From the NCBI GenBank assembly GCA_963677925.2, contig CAXXYH010000003.1, forward strand, positions 352,001 to 416,000: DNA of 64,000 nt, given 5' to 3'. The notes beneath the pieces were generated by a model. It ran no database searches. It saw only the letters and a list, made by a program, of their open reading frames with translations, and was not told where the DNA came from. The DNA comes from Spirochaetia bacterium. Lineage in GTDB: Bacteria; Spirochaetota; Spirochaetia; UBA9216. Of the stretch, positions 8,022 to 16,798 are shown one piece after another. Made by a program: the position numbers and the translations under genes. The stretch's first letter is position 1; each line of letters begins with the position of its first letter.

Positions 8022-9545
8022 ATGAGCGACGAAGCAAACAAAGGCGGCGGATGGGTAATTTACCCTATCGGCAGCCGACCCAAGTGGGGACTTGCATTCC
8101 TTCTTGGTGCTCAGCAGTTCCTGACACAGTTCGGATCAACAGTAATTATTCCGATCATTGTCGGTGGAGCTATGGGGCTTCCTACTGAAGAACTAGCACT
8201 TCTTATTTCTACAATGTTCTTCTGTGCCGGAATTACAACCCTGATTCAGCAGTCACCTATTGGTAATAAACTGCCGATTCTGCAGGGTGGTACTTTCTCA
8301 TTCCTTGGACCTATGTTCGCAATTGTTGGTATGTGTGCAGCAGAGGGACTTGGATACGAGGTTATGATTCAGCAGGTTTGTGCAGCCGTAATGATTGCAT
8401 CACTGTTTGAAATTATAATTGGCTACACAGGACTTATGGGACTGATCAAAAGAGCATTCAGTCCGATAGTTATCGGTCCTACAATTGCAATGATTGGTCT
8501 TGCACTTTATGGAGTTGGTGCTCCATGGATGGCTGGAAACTGGGTTATTTCACTTATAACCTTTGTAGCAATCGTTGTTTTCTCACAGATTTTCTCAAGA
8601 AAGTCTAAGGTTTTTGCTCTTTTTCCGATACTTCTTGCTGTTATCCTCGGATGGCTCTGCTCACTTATCGGAACTTTTACCGGTCTTATTCCTGAAGGCG
8701 ATGCAGCTAACCTTAAAAACGGAATTGAACTCATTGGTTCAGCACCTGTTTTCTGGATTAAACCTGCTATTCCTTTCAAATGGGGATTCCCGTCATTTAA
8801 TGCTATTACAGCAGCAGGTGCACTTGGAATGCTCGCCGGTTATGTTGGGTCAATGATTGAATCAGTAGGTGACTACTACTCATGTGCAAGAATTGCAGAA
8901 GCACCTGTTCCTACAGCAAAAGTTATCTCTAAGGGTATCGGAGCTGAAGGTATCGGATGTCTTATTGCTTCAATATTCCAGACATGTAACGGTACAACTT
9001 CCTACTCGGAAAACATTGGATCAATCGGTCTTACAAGAGTTGCCAGCCGCCGTGTTATCAGGGCAGCCGGTATTATTCTTCTTGTACTCCCCTTCTTCGG
9101 TAAGTTCGGAATGGTTCTTGCAACTCTTCCTCAGCCTATCGTAGGAGCACTTTTCTTTGCTATGTTCGGTCTTATTGCTGCAACCGGTCTTTCCAACCTG
9201 CAGTTTACAAACCTTAACAATGCAAGAAACCTCTTTATTGTAGGTGTCGGTTTCTTTGCCGGACTTACAGTTCCTGCACATTTCAACGCTGCTTCCATGG
9301 TTGCCGGTGATGCCGGTTCTGCACAGTATGTTATAACCAACATACTTCAGACCATTTTCACAACCGGAATGGCTGTTACTGCTATCATTACCATGATACT
9401 TGACAACCTTCTTCCCGGAGCAACAAGAGAAGAAAGAGGTCTTACTGTATGGGAAGCTGAAGCCAGCGATGAAGCCTGGGAAAAGGCTGAAGCCGAGTGG
9501 GCGAAAATTCCTGTTGGTCAGGCTAACTGGCACGTTATGAAATAG
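8022..9545 (+). CDS. NCS2-family uracil/xanthine permease
   Basis: LQGGTFSF, IESVGDY, TTSYSENIGSIGLTRVASRRV (NAT signature); GGAGG RBS. Confidence 0.9.
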   Translation: MSDEANKGGGWVIYPIGSRPKWGLAFLLGAQQFLTQFGSTVIIPIIVGGAMGLPTEELALLISTMFFCAGITTLIQQSPIGNKLPILQGGTFSFLGPMFAIVGMCAAEGLGYEVMIQQVCAAVMIASLFEIIIGYTGLMGLIKRAFSPIVIGPTIAMIGLALYGVGAPWMAGNWVISLITFVAIVVFSQIFSRKSKVFALFPILLAVILGWLCSLIGTFTGLIPEGDAANLKNGIELIGSAPVFWIKPAIPFKWGFPSFNAITAAGALGMLAGYVGSMIESVGDYYSCARIAEAPVPTAKVISKGIGAEGIGCLIASIFQTCNGTTSYSENIGSIGLTRVASRRVIRAAGIILLVLPFFGKFGMVLATLPQPIVGALFFAMFGLIAATGLSNLQFTNLNNARNLFIVGVGFFAGLTVPAHFNAASMVAGDAGSAQYVITNILQTIFTTGMAVTAIITMILDNLLPGATREERGLTVWEAEASDEAWEKAEAEWAKIPVGQANWHVMK

Positions 9546-9561
9546 TATTTACTATTTATAG

Positions 9562-9588
9562 CAGGGGTGGAAACACCCCTGTTTATTT
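9562..9588 (+). terminator. intrinsic terminator
   Basis: CAGGGGTG-GAAA-CACCCCTG then TTTATTT. Confidence 0.7.
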
Positions 9589-9609
9589 AGTTTAGGATGG
9601 AGTTTCTGA

Positions 9610-9990
9610 TTGACAAATAAAAAGAGCCTGATTATTTATATTATACTAGCCCTGCTTATGGCACTTGACCTGTATTCGATTTTCAATGCAGGAAATCCCA
9701 ATTCGTTTATCAGACACTTGGTCCCCGATCCTGGATATGATTTTTTAATAACAGCGATAATCTCACTGTTGATTGTTGCAAGTGTTCTTATTCTGAACAG
9801 CGGCAGTAAAAACAACGATGATCCTGTATTCATGACACTTCGTGATAACAGCGATCATATTCAAAAACTCAGATCCAAGGGGAAAAGTGATGAAGAAATA
9901 GCCTCATCATTTGTTAAAAACCTTAAGGAAACAGGCGTAGTAAAAAAACTGGCTTATAAAAAAGCATTAAAATACTTAAAAAGGATCTGA
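9610..9990 (+). CDS. hypothetical membrane protein (2 TM)
   Basis: GGAG RBS, TTG start, two hydrophobic segments, basic C-terminus. Confidence 0.65.
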   Translation: MTNKKSLIIYIILALLMALDLYSIFNAGNPNSFIRHLVPDPGYDFLITAIISLLIVASVLILNSGSKNNDDPVFMTLRDNSDHIQKLRSKGKSDEEIASSFVKNLKETGVVKKLAYKKALKYLKRI

Positions 9991-9993
9991 TGA

Positions 9994-10434
9994 ATGGACT
10001 ATCTTGTAAACCTATCTCCTGTTGCTCTTGGTGTTATTATTTTTGCCATTGTTATTCTTATGGCTATCATCAGACATAGAGAAACAGGTTTTCTTACTTC
10101 AAAATATGATTCATCCAGTATAATACTCGCCTCTTACGGGGTTACTTTTTTCGGGCAGGAATCAAAAGTTGAAAAACCTAACAGAAAGACCGGAGCAATT
10201 GCACTGGTTAAAGACGGGATTTATTACCATTCCCGTTTTGGTAATATCGAACATTTTGTAAAAGCTTCCGACATCAAAAATATCGGTACTACTGATTTCT
10301 TTTGCGATAAAGCATTGAATGATACTGTTATTCAGGTATCTTTTAAGAATGATAAGGGTGAACTTGACCGTGTTGCTTACCGCATACCTTCACCGGCAAA
10401 ATGGATAGTAACATTAAAAAAACATCTTTTATAG
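9994..10434 (+). CDS. hypothetical membrane-anchored protein, possible PH-like domain
   Basis: N-terminal TM; GAIALVKDGIYYHS...DIKNI...W pattern is reminiscent of PH/GRAM folds. Confidence 0.65.
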   Translation: MDYLVNLSPVALGVIIFAIVILMAIIRHRETGFLTSKYDSSSIILASYGVTFFGQESKVEKPNRKTGAIALVKDGIYYHSRFGNIEHFVKASDIKNIGTTDFFCDKALNDTVIQVSFKNDKGELDRVAYRIPSPAKWIVTLKKHLL

Positions 10435-10665
10435 ATTTTTTTTAGTTATACATGTTTGCGTTATCATTGAATATTTGTTCTTTTTAACGATGGATTTAAG
10501 TCAAGGGTTGACATTCGTACCATTTTAAGCGAATTTAGTCCTTAATATCAGACAATGATACAATTTCCGGAGGGTATCCATCATTAAATTCCGTATTTAG
10601 TTTCCGTAATACGCTTCTTACGGTAAATTCATGGCAATCTTCTTATATAGAGGGAGGAGAAGAAA

Positions 10666-12216
10666 TTGGGTAACAAAGAAAAGTTACAGGAGTTTAAAGA
10701 CTTCAGAGCAAAAATGCAGAAGGGCGGCGGCGACGCCAGAATCAAAGCCCAGCATGATAAAGGGAAATTTACTGCCAGAGAAAGGATCACCGGACTTCTG
10801 GATGAGGGAAGTTTCGTTGAAAGCCAGGCATACATCCAGACCCGCACCAGCCAGTTCGGCATGGATAAAAACAAGTTTGCCGGCGACGGAGTCGTAACCG
10901 GAACAGGCAAGATGAACGGCAAGCAGGTATTCCTGTCAGCCCAGGATTTTACCGTTCTCGGCGGTTCACTTGGAGAAATGCATGCCGAAAAGATTGCAGA
11001 GGCCCAGAGCCTTGCACTAAAAAACGGTTCACCGTTTATCCAGGTCAACGATTCAGGCGGAGCAAGAATCCAGGAGGGAATACTCTCACTCAACGGATAC
11101 GCCAAAATTTTCAGGAATAACACCCTTTCATCAGGAGTTATCCCCCAGTTTTCAGTAATACTCGGTCCCTGTGCCGGAGGTGCAGTTTACTCACCGGCCA
11201 TCACCGACTTCATATTCATGGTAGACGGTTCAAGTCACATGTACATCACCGGTCCGGATGTAATAAAGACAGTAACCGGTGAGGTAATCAGCCACGAAGA
11301 CCTCGGCGGAGCATCAGCTCACTGTGCAAAAAGCGGAGTCGCCCACTTCCGTTTTTCATCCGAGCAGGAATGTTTTGATTTCATCAGAAGACTTATGGAC
11401 TACCTGCCTTCAAACAACACAGAGCAGCCGCCGGTAAGTGCCTGTACAGATTCACTTGAAAGAACCACACCCGAAATCATGTCGATCATCCCCGAAGAGG
11501 CAAGAAAGCCCTACGATGTACGCGACATAATCGGAAGCGCCTTTGACGCAGGTTCATTTCTTGAAGTACAGGAAGACTTCGCAAAAAGCGTAGTAGTAGG
11601 TTTTGCAAAACTCAACGGCCGCACTGTAGGTATCTTTGCAAACCAGCCTAAGTTCATGGCTGCCTCACTCGATATCAACTCATCAGATAAGGGAGCAAGA
11701 TTCATCCGCTTCTGTGATGCTTTCAATATTCCGGTAATCACACTTGTTGATGTTCCCGGCTACCTTCCCGGCGTTGCCCAGGAGCACGGCGGAATCATCA
11801 GACACGGAGCAAAGATCCTCTACGCAATAGCAGAGGCGACAGTGCCCAAGGTTTCACTGATTATGAGAAAGTCCTACGGCGGTTCAATGATAGCAATGTC
11901 ATCCAAGTCACTTGGATACGACAGAGTCCTAGCCTACCCGACAGCAGAAATAGCAGTAATGGGAGCAGAGGGCGCAGCAAACATCATATTCAGAAAGGAC
12001 ATCAACTCAGCATCGGATCCTGAAGCAAAGAGACAGGAAAAGATAGCAGAGTTCCAGACAGAGTTCATGAACCCCTACGTAGCCGCAGGCCTTGGTCTTG
12101 TAGACGATATAATCGACCCCGAATACACCCGTGCAGAACTCATCAGAGCGCTTGAGATCAACATCAAAAAGCGCGAAGACAGACCTGCCAAGAAACACGG
12201 CAATATACCACTGTAG
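10666..12216 (+). CDS. mmdA: acyl-CoA carboxyltransferase, Na+-transporting (methyl)malonyl-CoA decarboxylase alpha subunit
   Basis: QDFTVLGGSLG, DSGGARIQEG, GPCAGGAVYSPA, DVPGYLPG, KKHGNIPL; GGAGGAG RBS, TTG start. Confidence 0.9.
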   Translation: MGNKEKLQEFKDFRAKMQKGGGDARIKAQHDKGKFTARERITGLLDEGSFVESQAYIQTRTSQFGMDKNKFAGDGVVTGTGKMNGKQVFLSAQDFTVLGGSLGEMHAEKIAEAQSLALKNGSPFIQVNDSGGARIQEGILSLNGYAKIFRNNTLSSGVIPQFSVILGPCAGGAVYSPAITDFIFMVDGSSHMYITGPDVIKTVTGEVISHEDLGGASAHCAKSGVAHFRFSSEQECFDFIRRLMDYLPSNNTEQPPVSACTDSLERTTPEIMSIIPEEARKPYDVRDIIGSAFDAGSFLEVQEDFAKSVVVGFAKLNGRTVGIFANQPKFMAASLDINSSDKGARFIRFCDAFNIPVITLVDVPGYLPGVAQEHGGIIRHGAKILYAIAEATVPKVSLIMRKSYGGSMIAMSSKSLGYDRVLAYPTAEIAVMGAEGAANIIFRKDINSASDPEAKRQEKIAEFQTEFMNPYVAAGLGLVDDIIDPEYTRAELIRALEINIKKREDRPAKKHGNIPL

Positions 12217-12231
12217 GAGGCGGAGAATTTT

Positions 12232-12618
12232 ATGCAGGAAGAATTTATTTACAGTGTTATGACATCAATACTTGGAATACTGATAGTGTTTACACTGTTG
12301 GTCCTTCTGAGTCTGCTGATGGTTCTGATAAAGAAATTTGCAGACGGTGATACAGCCAAAAGCAAAGCGCCGAAATCTGCCGGGACATCTTCAGCAAAGA
12401 AGAGCGGCGGCCTGCCCCTGCCAGTAATAGTTGCAGCAGCAACTGCTACAATGGCCGATAACGCGAAATGGCTTTCGGCTGCGGTATCAGCGTTTCTGGC
12501 AGCTGAGGAAGATGAGCAGAATGCCCCAAAGGCTTCAGGATGGAGTTCAGCGGGAGCAGCAAAGTATGACCCGTGGGTCGCAAACAATAAAATCACAAGA
12601 AAAGCACCAGGAGTATAA
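12232..12618 (+). CDS. mmdD: decarboxylase delta subunit (OadG family)
   Basis: N-terminal TM GILIVFTLLVLL, linker, AAVSA segment, C-terminal Trp; lies between alpha and biotin carrier genes. Confidence 0.75.
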   Translation: MQEEFIYSVMTSILGILIVFTLLVLLSLLMVLIKKFADGDTAKSKAPKSAGTSSAKKSGGLPLPVIVAAATATMADNAKWLSAAVSAFLAAEEDEQNAPKASGWSSAGAAKYDPWVANNKITRKAPGV

Positions 12619-12623
12619 GAGTT

Positions 12624-13100
12624 ATGAGCAAGAATATTAAGTTTGAATATGAAGGAACCCTTTACGACATAAACGTAACAAGAAACGGAAATGTCCTTAC
12701 AATTGAGCATGAAGGCGATAGTTACCTTGTAAGCCTTGCAACCCCTGCAGGAGCAACAGCAGCTCCTGTAGCAGCGCCCGCTGCGCCTGCAGCTCCTGCT
12801 GCACCGGCAGCGCCTGCACCGGCAGCTGTAGCACCCTCTCCCGCAGCCGCCGCGCCGGCACCAGCCGCCGCCCCTGTAGCAGCCGGAGCCGGAACCGAGA
12901 AGGCTGCAATAACAGGAACAATCAAGGAAATCAAGGTAGCCCAGGGCGCAAGCGTAGCCAAGGGAGATCTTCTTCTGATAATGGAAGCAATGAAGATGGA
13001 CATTGAAGTATTTGCAAGCAACGCCGGTACAGTAAACGCCATCCATGTAACTCCGGGTACAAACGTAACCGAAGGACAGCCGCTTGTAGACATCGGCTAA
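12624..13100 (+). CDS. mmdC: biotin carboxyl carrier (gamma) subunit
   Basis: Ala/Pro-rich linker and EAMKM biotinylation motif. Confidence 0.9.
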   Translation: MSKNIKFEYEGTLYDINVTRNGNVLTIEHEGDSYLVSLATPAGATAAPVAAPAAPAAPAAPAAPAPAAVAPSPAAAAPAPAAAPVAAGAGTEKAAITGTIKEIKVAQGASVAKGDLLLIMEAMKMDIEVFASNAGTVNAIHVTPGTNVTEGQPLVDIG

Positions 13101-13109
13101 CGGAGGGAT

Positions 13110-14279
13110 TTGGTGAATTTCGTAGATCTAATATTAAGATTTCTAAGCAGCACCGCCTTCACGGCAATCACCTGGCAGAACCTGGTAATGATTGCAATCG
13201 GCTGTCTGCTTGTTTACCTTGCAATAGCAAAGGGTTATGAGCCGCTGCTGCTTATCCCGATAGGATTCGGAGCAATACTGGTAAACCTTCCGCTTACAGG
13301 GCTTTTGGAAGGACCAATCGGAGACCAGGCCGGCGGACTTATATATTACTTTTATCAGGGTGTTCAGCTTGGACTGTTCCCGCCGATTATCTTCATGGGA
13401 ATCGGAGCGATGACGGACTTCGGACCGCTTCTGGGCAAGCCTCAGACCTTCCTTCTTGGAGCAGCTGCACAGCTTGGTATATTTATAACCCTGCTTGGAG
13501 CAAAGGCACTTGGAGCAATACCCTTTCTTGCAGCGCATGATCTGGGCTTCAACTTTGCAGAGGCCTCTTCCATCGCAATAATCGGAGGGGCTGACGGTCC
13601 TACAGCTATATATCTCACATCAAAGCTTGCACCGCATCTGCTTGGACCTATTGCAGTAGCAGCCTATACGTATATGGCGCTTGTACCGATTATACAGCCG
13701 CCTATTATCAAGGCTCTTACAACCAAGAAGGAGAGACTTATCAGGATGGAGGATCCGAAGCCTGTTTCAAAACGGACCAAGATTCTTTTCCCGATAATCA
13801 CAACAATAGTTACAGCCCTGCTTATTCCTGCATCTGCACCGCTAATCGGAATGCTAATGCTTGGAAACCTTTTCAAGGAATGCGGAGTTGTAGACAGGCT
13901 TTCAAAGACAGCCCAGAACGAGCTTATCAACATAGTAACGATATTCCTTGGAATATCAGTAGGCTCAAAGATGTCAGCCGACCACTTCCTTACATTTGAG
14001 ACGATATTCATTATAGTCCTCGGATGTATAGCATTCGGAGTAGGAACCGGCGGCGGAGTTATGCTTGGAAAGCTGATGAGCAAGATAAGCGGCGGAAAGA
14101 TCAATCCGATGATCGGAGCCGCGGGAGTATCTGCTGTACCGATGGCTGCGCGGGTAGTACAGAAGGTCGGCCAGAAAGAAGATCCGGGCAACTTCCTGCT
14201 TATGAACGCAATGGGCCCCAACGTAGCCGGAGTTATAGGCTCTGCAATTGCTGCGGGTGTTCTATTGTCGCTTAATTAG
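13110..14279 (+). CDS. mmdB: Na+-transporting decarboxylase beta subunit
   Basis: [45 protein letters not shown] (OadB family). Confidence 0.93.
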   Translation: MVNFVDLILRFLSSTAFTAITWQNLVMIAIGCLLVYLAIAKGYEPLLLIPIGFGAILVNLPLTGLLEGPIGDQAGGLIYYFYQGVQLGLFPPIIFMGIGAMTDFGPLLGKPQTFLLGAAAQLGIFITLLGAKALGAIPFLAAHDLGFNFAEASSIAIIGGADGPTAIYLTSKLAPHLLGPIAVAAYTYMALVPIIQPPIIKALTTKKERLIRMEDPKPVSKRTKILFPIITTIVTALLIPASAPLIGMLMLGNLFKECGVVDRLSKTAQNELINIVTIFLGISVGSKMSADHFLTFETIFIIVLGCIAFGVGTGGGVMLGKLMSKISGGKINPMIGAAGVSAVPMAARVVQKVGQKEDPGNFLLMNAMGPNVAGVIGSAIAAGVLLSLN

Positions 14280-14299
14280 TTTAAAAACGGTTTCAATTC

Positions 14300-14337
14300 A
14301 GGCTGTCCGTGAGTAATCTCCGGACAGCCTTTTTTTT
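14300..14337 (+). terminator. intrinsic terminator of the decarboxylase operon
   Basis: AGGCTGTCCG/CGGACAGCCT stem plus T-run. Confidence 0.8.
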
Positions 14338-15134
14338 CAGACACGCGGTGCTGTCGAAGGGTCCATAGGCTTACCGTTTTTATATACAAAAAAATAGGCA
14401 TCCGCCTTTCCGTCTGCTCCGCCCAGGATTCCGATAGAGCTTCCTGAAATAATCCGGTCTCCTACTTTTACAGTACTTTTCTCATTACCGCCGTAACCGT
14501 AGACGAGACCGTTATCAGACTCGACAAGAATCAGAAATTTATACATACCGTAATCGTCTGCCCAGACAACCGTACCGCTTGAGACAGCAGTAATACTGTC
14601 GCCTGGGTTTCCCGAAATCTGGATGCCTTTCAATTTCCCGTCAAGAGGTGCTCTGGCTCCGGTATGAGGCCATAGAACGTTTATTTCAGCTTTATCGGGT
14701 TCATCTGCAGTTTCAACTGCAGAACCCTCAGAACCCCCGTTCTCGGGCTTCTGAGCGATTACAACAGTCTTCTCATCGCTAAGACTGCCTGCAGGGATAG
14801 CCAGAATCTGTCCTGGATATAGCACATCTGAAATCTTCAGTTCATTACTGCTCAGCAGTTCCTCAAGACTGATATTATGCTTTCTTGCAATACCGTAAAA
14901 GGTGTCACCCTTCTTAACTGTATAGCCGGAGGGAATAAGGATTTTAATCCCGGGATATATCCTTGAAGCATTCTCTATATGGTTGTATTCCATCAGCTGC
15001 TGAACAGAAACATCATATTTTTTGCTCAAACTATAGAGGGTGTCGCCTTTCTGAATCAGATACTCAGAATCAGCATATACACTACCCGACACTGTAATTA
15101 TTAACGCTGCTGCTATAAACGGTACTCTTCTCAT
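14337..15134 (-). CDS. LysM-LysM-M23(LytM) protein with degenerate Zn site (NlpD-like)
   Basis: Signal peptide from ATG 15134; two LysM repeats (YLIQKGDTL, YTVKKGDTF); M23 fold with KGIQI and DAYF in place of HxGxD and HxH. Confidence 0.8.
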   Translation of the reverse strand: MRRVPFIAAALIITVSGSVYADSEYLIQKGDTLYSLSKKYDVSVQQLMEYNHIENASRIYPGIKILIPSGYTVKKGDTFYGIARKHNISLEELLSSNELKISDVLYPGQILAIPAGSLSDEKTVVIAQKPENGGSEGSAVETADEPDKAEINVLWPHTGARAPLDGKLKGIQISGNPGDSITAVSSGTVVWADDYGMYKFLILVESDNGLVYGYGGNEKSTVKVGDRIISGSSIGILGGADGKADAYFFVYKNGKPMDPSTAPRV

Positions 15135-15209
15135 CGTATTTAGATATTCGGCCAGCCTTCTTTTAAACTGAAAAACTATTAAAATCATAAAAAAGATTTT
15201 TATAACTTA

Positions 15210-15238
15210 TTGACAGTTTTTCTCCAGTTCGCTATATT
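15210..15238 (+). promoter_or_regulatory. sigma70 promoter for tRNA-Asp
   Basis: TTGACA-17 nt-TATATT. Confidence 0.7.
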
Positions 15239-15251
15239 ACATCTACCTTCT

Positions 15252-15325
15252 GGGGGCGTGGCGAAGCTGGTTATCGCGCCGGCCTGTCAAGCCGGAGATC
15301 GCGGGTTCAAGCCCCGTCGCTCCCG
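15252..15325 (+). tRNA. tRNA-Asp(GTC)
   Basis: Cloverleaf; anticodon arm CCGGC-CTGTCAA-GCCGG; GGTTCAAG T-loop; CCA not encoded. Confidence 0.95.
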
Positions 15326-15330
15326 AAAGT

Positions 15331-15360
15331 AGCCCTTAAAGATTTCTTTAAGGGCTTTTT
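15331..15360 (+). terminator. terminator-like hairpin between the two tRNAs
   Basis: AGCCCTTAAAG/CTTTAAGGGCT stem plus T-run. Confidence 0.6.
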
Positions 15361-15365
15361 ATTTA

Positions 15366-15437
15366 CGGGCTGTAGCGCAGGGGGAGCGCGCGCCGTTCGG
15401 GACGGCGAGGTCGGAGGTTCAAATCCTCTCAGCCCGA
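15366..15437 (+). tRNA. tRNA-Pro(CGG)
   Basis: Acceptor CGGGCTG/CAGCCCG; anticodon arm CGCCG-TTCGGGA-CGGCG; GGTTCAAAT. Confidence 0.95.
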
Positions 15438-15448
15438 TACCCCTTCAG

Positions 15449-16630
15449 TTATTCAATAACAGTTAACCTGGTATAATTCAGATTATTTTCAGACCACTCG
15501 ACCGCATCAGCTTTAATAATATCAAATAAAGGATCCCCGGCCTTATTCTCGCCTTTATATTCAGGAGTTTTTCCATCTGAAGTTATATTAAATTCAAGAA
15601 TATTATCACATGCCGACACTTTAACTGAACACTCTTTTTCAGTCTGCGACAGGATATGAAGGAAAATCAAACCGAGTTTAACCGCATTCTCTACTTTAAT
15701 TTCATAATCAGCTATTTCTTTTTTTACAACAACATCTTTTTCATCAAAGATTTCGCCGATCAAACCGTCTATAAATTTTTTAAGAGAGACTTTCTCTGAG
15801 GTTTTACTGAAATGGGAAAGACTATGTGAAAATGACAATATCTGTACGGCTTTCTTTATTATATCGAATCTGGTCTGAAAATCAGTAAACTGATAACTAT
15901 GTTCGTATATGCTGATTATACTCAGAATTGTCTGCAGATTGTTCCGGACATTATGATGAAGTTCCGACAGAAGGATTTCCAGTTCCAGGGTTCTTTCCTT
16001 AACTGCAGATTCAAGCATTGAATGTTCATTGTCAAGCATAAAGAGGTTGTAAAGCCTTTCATCATCTGTTTTTTCCCTTCTCCAAACCATTACACAGTAA
16101 AGTATCAAAGCAGCTACAATATTAGCAGTTAAAACCCGTTCCTCCAGTGACAGTTTATTCTGAATTACCAGAACAAGAACCATTATGAAATATGGAACTC
16201 CTGCAGCTGTCACCGATTTTTTAAATCCGACCCCGTCAAATAACCCGCATCCGAAAATAACAAGAATGCTTCCTGATGTTGTACCGGCAAGCCCAACTGC
16301 TGTATAGGAGTCTGAATTACTGATTACTTCCCAAAAAATAGCTGACATCATACAGGAAAGAGCAAGAATTATTATAAAACCGAACCATTGAATGATTTCA
16401 GGATTAAGTTTATTTAAAAATCGGCTCCATAAACTTTTTATTATAACAAAGAACAGCATCGGAAACATTCCAACAAGCCGCCAGGGCAGTACATTCCCGA
16501 GATTTACCGCAGTCCTGTCCAGCAATGTGAATATGAGTACAAGGGGCACTCCAATCATCGATATCAAAAATCCAGATTTAAGGATTTCCTTTTTCTTTGT
16601 TTTTATCCTGAACTTCCTGTATTCCTGCAT
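15449..16630 (-). CDS. multi-TM sensor with HisKA_2-type H-box and degenerate ATPase domain
   Basis: About 6 TM, coiled coil VKERTLEL, ELHHNVRNNLQ H-box; N and G boxes not recognisable. Confidence 0.7.
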   Translation of the reverse strand: MQEYRKFRIKTKKKEILKSGFLISMIGVPLVLIFTLLDRTAVNLGNVLPWRLVGMFPMLFFVIIKSLWSRFLNKLNPEIIQWFGFIIILALSCMMSAIFWEVISNSDSYTAVGLAGTTSGSILVIFGCGLFDGVGFKKSVTAAGVPYFIMVLVLVIQNKLSLEERVLTANIVAALILYCVMVWRREKTDDERLYNLFMLDNEHSMLESAVKERTLELEILLSELHHNVRNNLQTILSIISIYEHSYQFTDFQTRFDIIKKAVQILSFSHSLSHFSKTSEKVSLKKFIDGLIGEIFDEKDVVVKKEIADYEIKVENAVKLGLIFLHILSQTEKECSVKVSACDNILEFNITSDGKTPEYKGENKAGDPLFDIIKADAVEWSENNLNYTRLTVIE

Positions 16631-16798
16631 AATGTTATACTTTAAATTTAATTTATGGCTATGGAATTATCAATTGAGAATTGAAATATTTTACTATATC
16701 ACATGCTTTTACGAAAACTCATTATGATTGACACATTGCATTGCTCATGCTATTGTTTCCTGAATATTTTTACTTCAAATTTAAGGAATACTTTATTT

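Noticed and set aside
10555-10587. 10-codon uORF (MIQFPEGIHH) upstream of mmdA
   Set aside because: No convincing promoter spacing, RBS or attenuator structure; such short ORFs arise by chance
12249-13093. Cys/Arg-rich 265-aa and Gly/Ala-rich 123-aa minus-strand ORFs; GC-rich repeats at about 12740-12890
   Set aside because: Explained by the Ala/Pro linker of the biotin carrier on the plus strand; not a CRISPR array or an independent repeat
15437-16700. Genomic island or prophage integrated at tRNA-Pro
   Set aside because: No integrase and no duplicated tRNA 3' end seen; only one accessory gene
16703-16798. N-terminal extension of the SurA-like ORF in the track
   Set aside because: This stretch contains the promoter (TTGACA at 16728) and RBS; ATG 16799 is the better start
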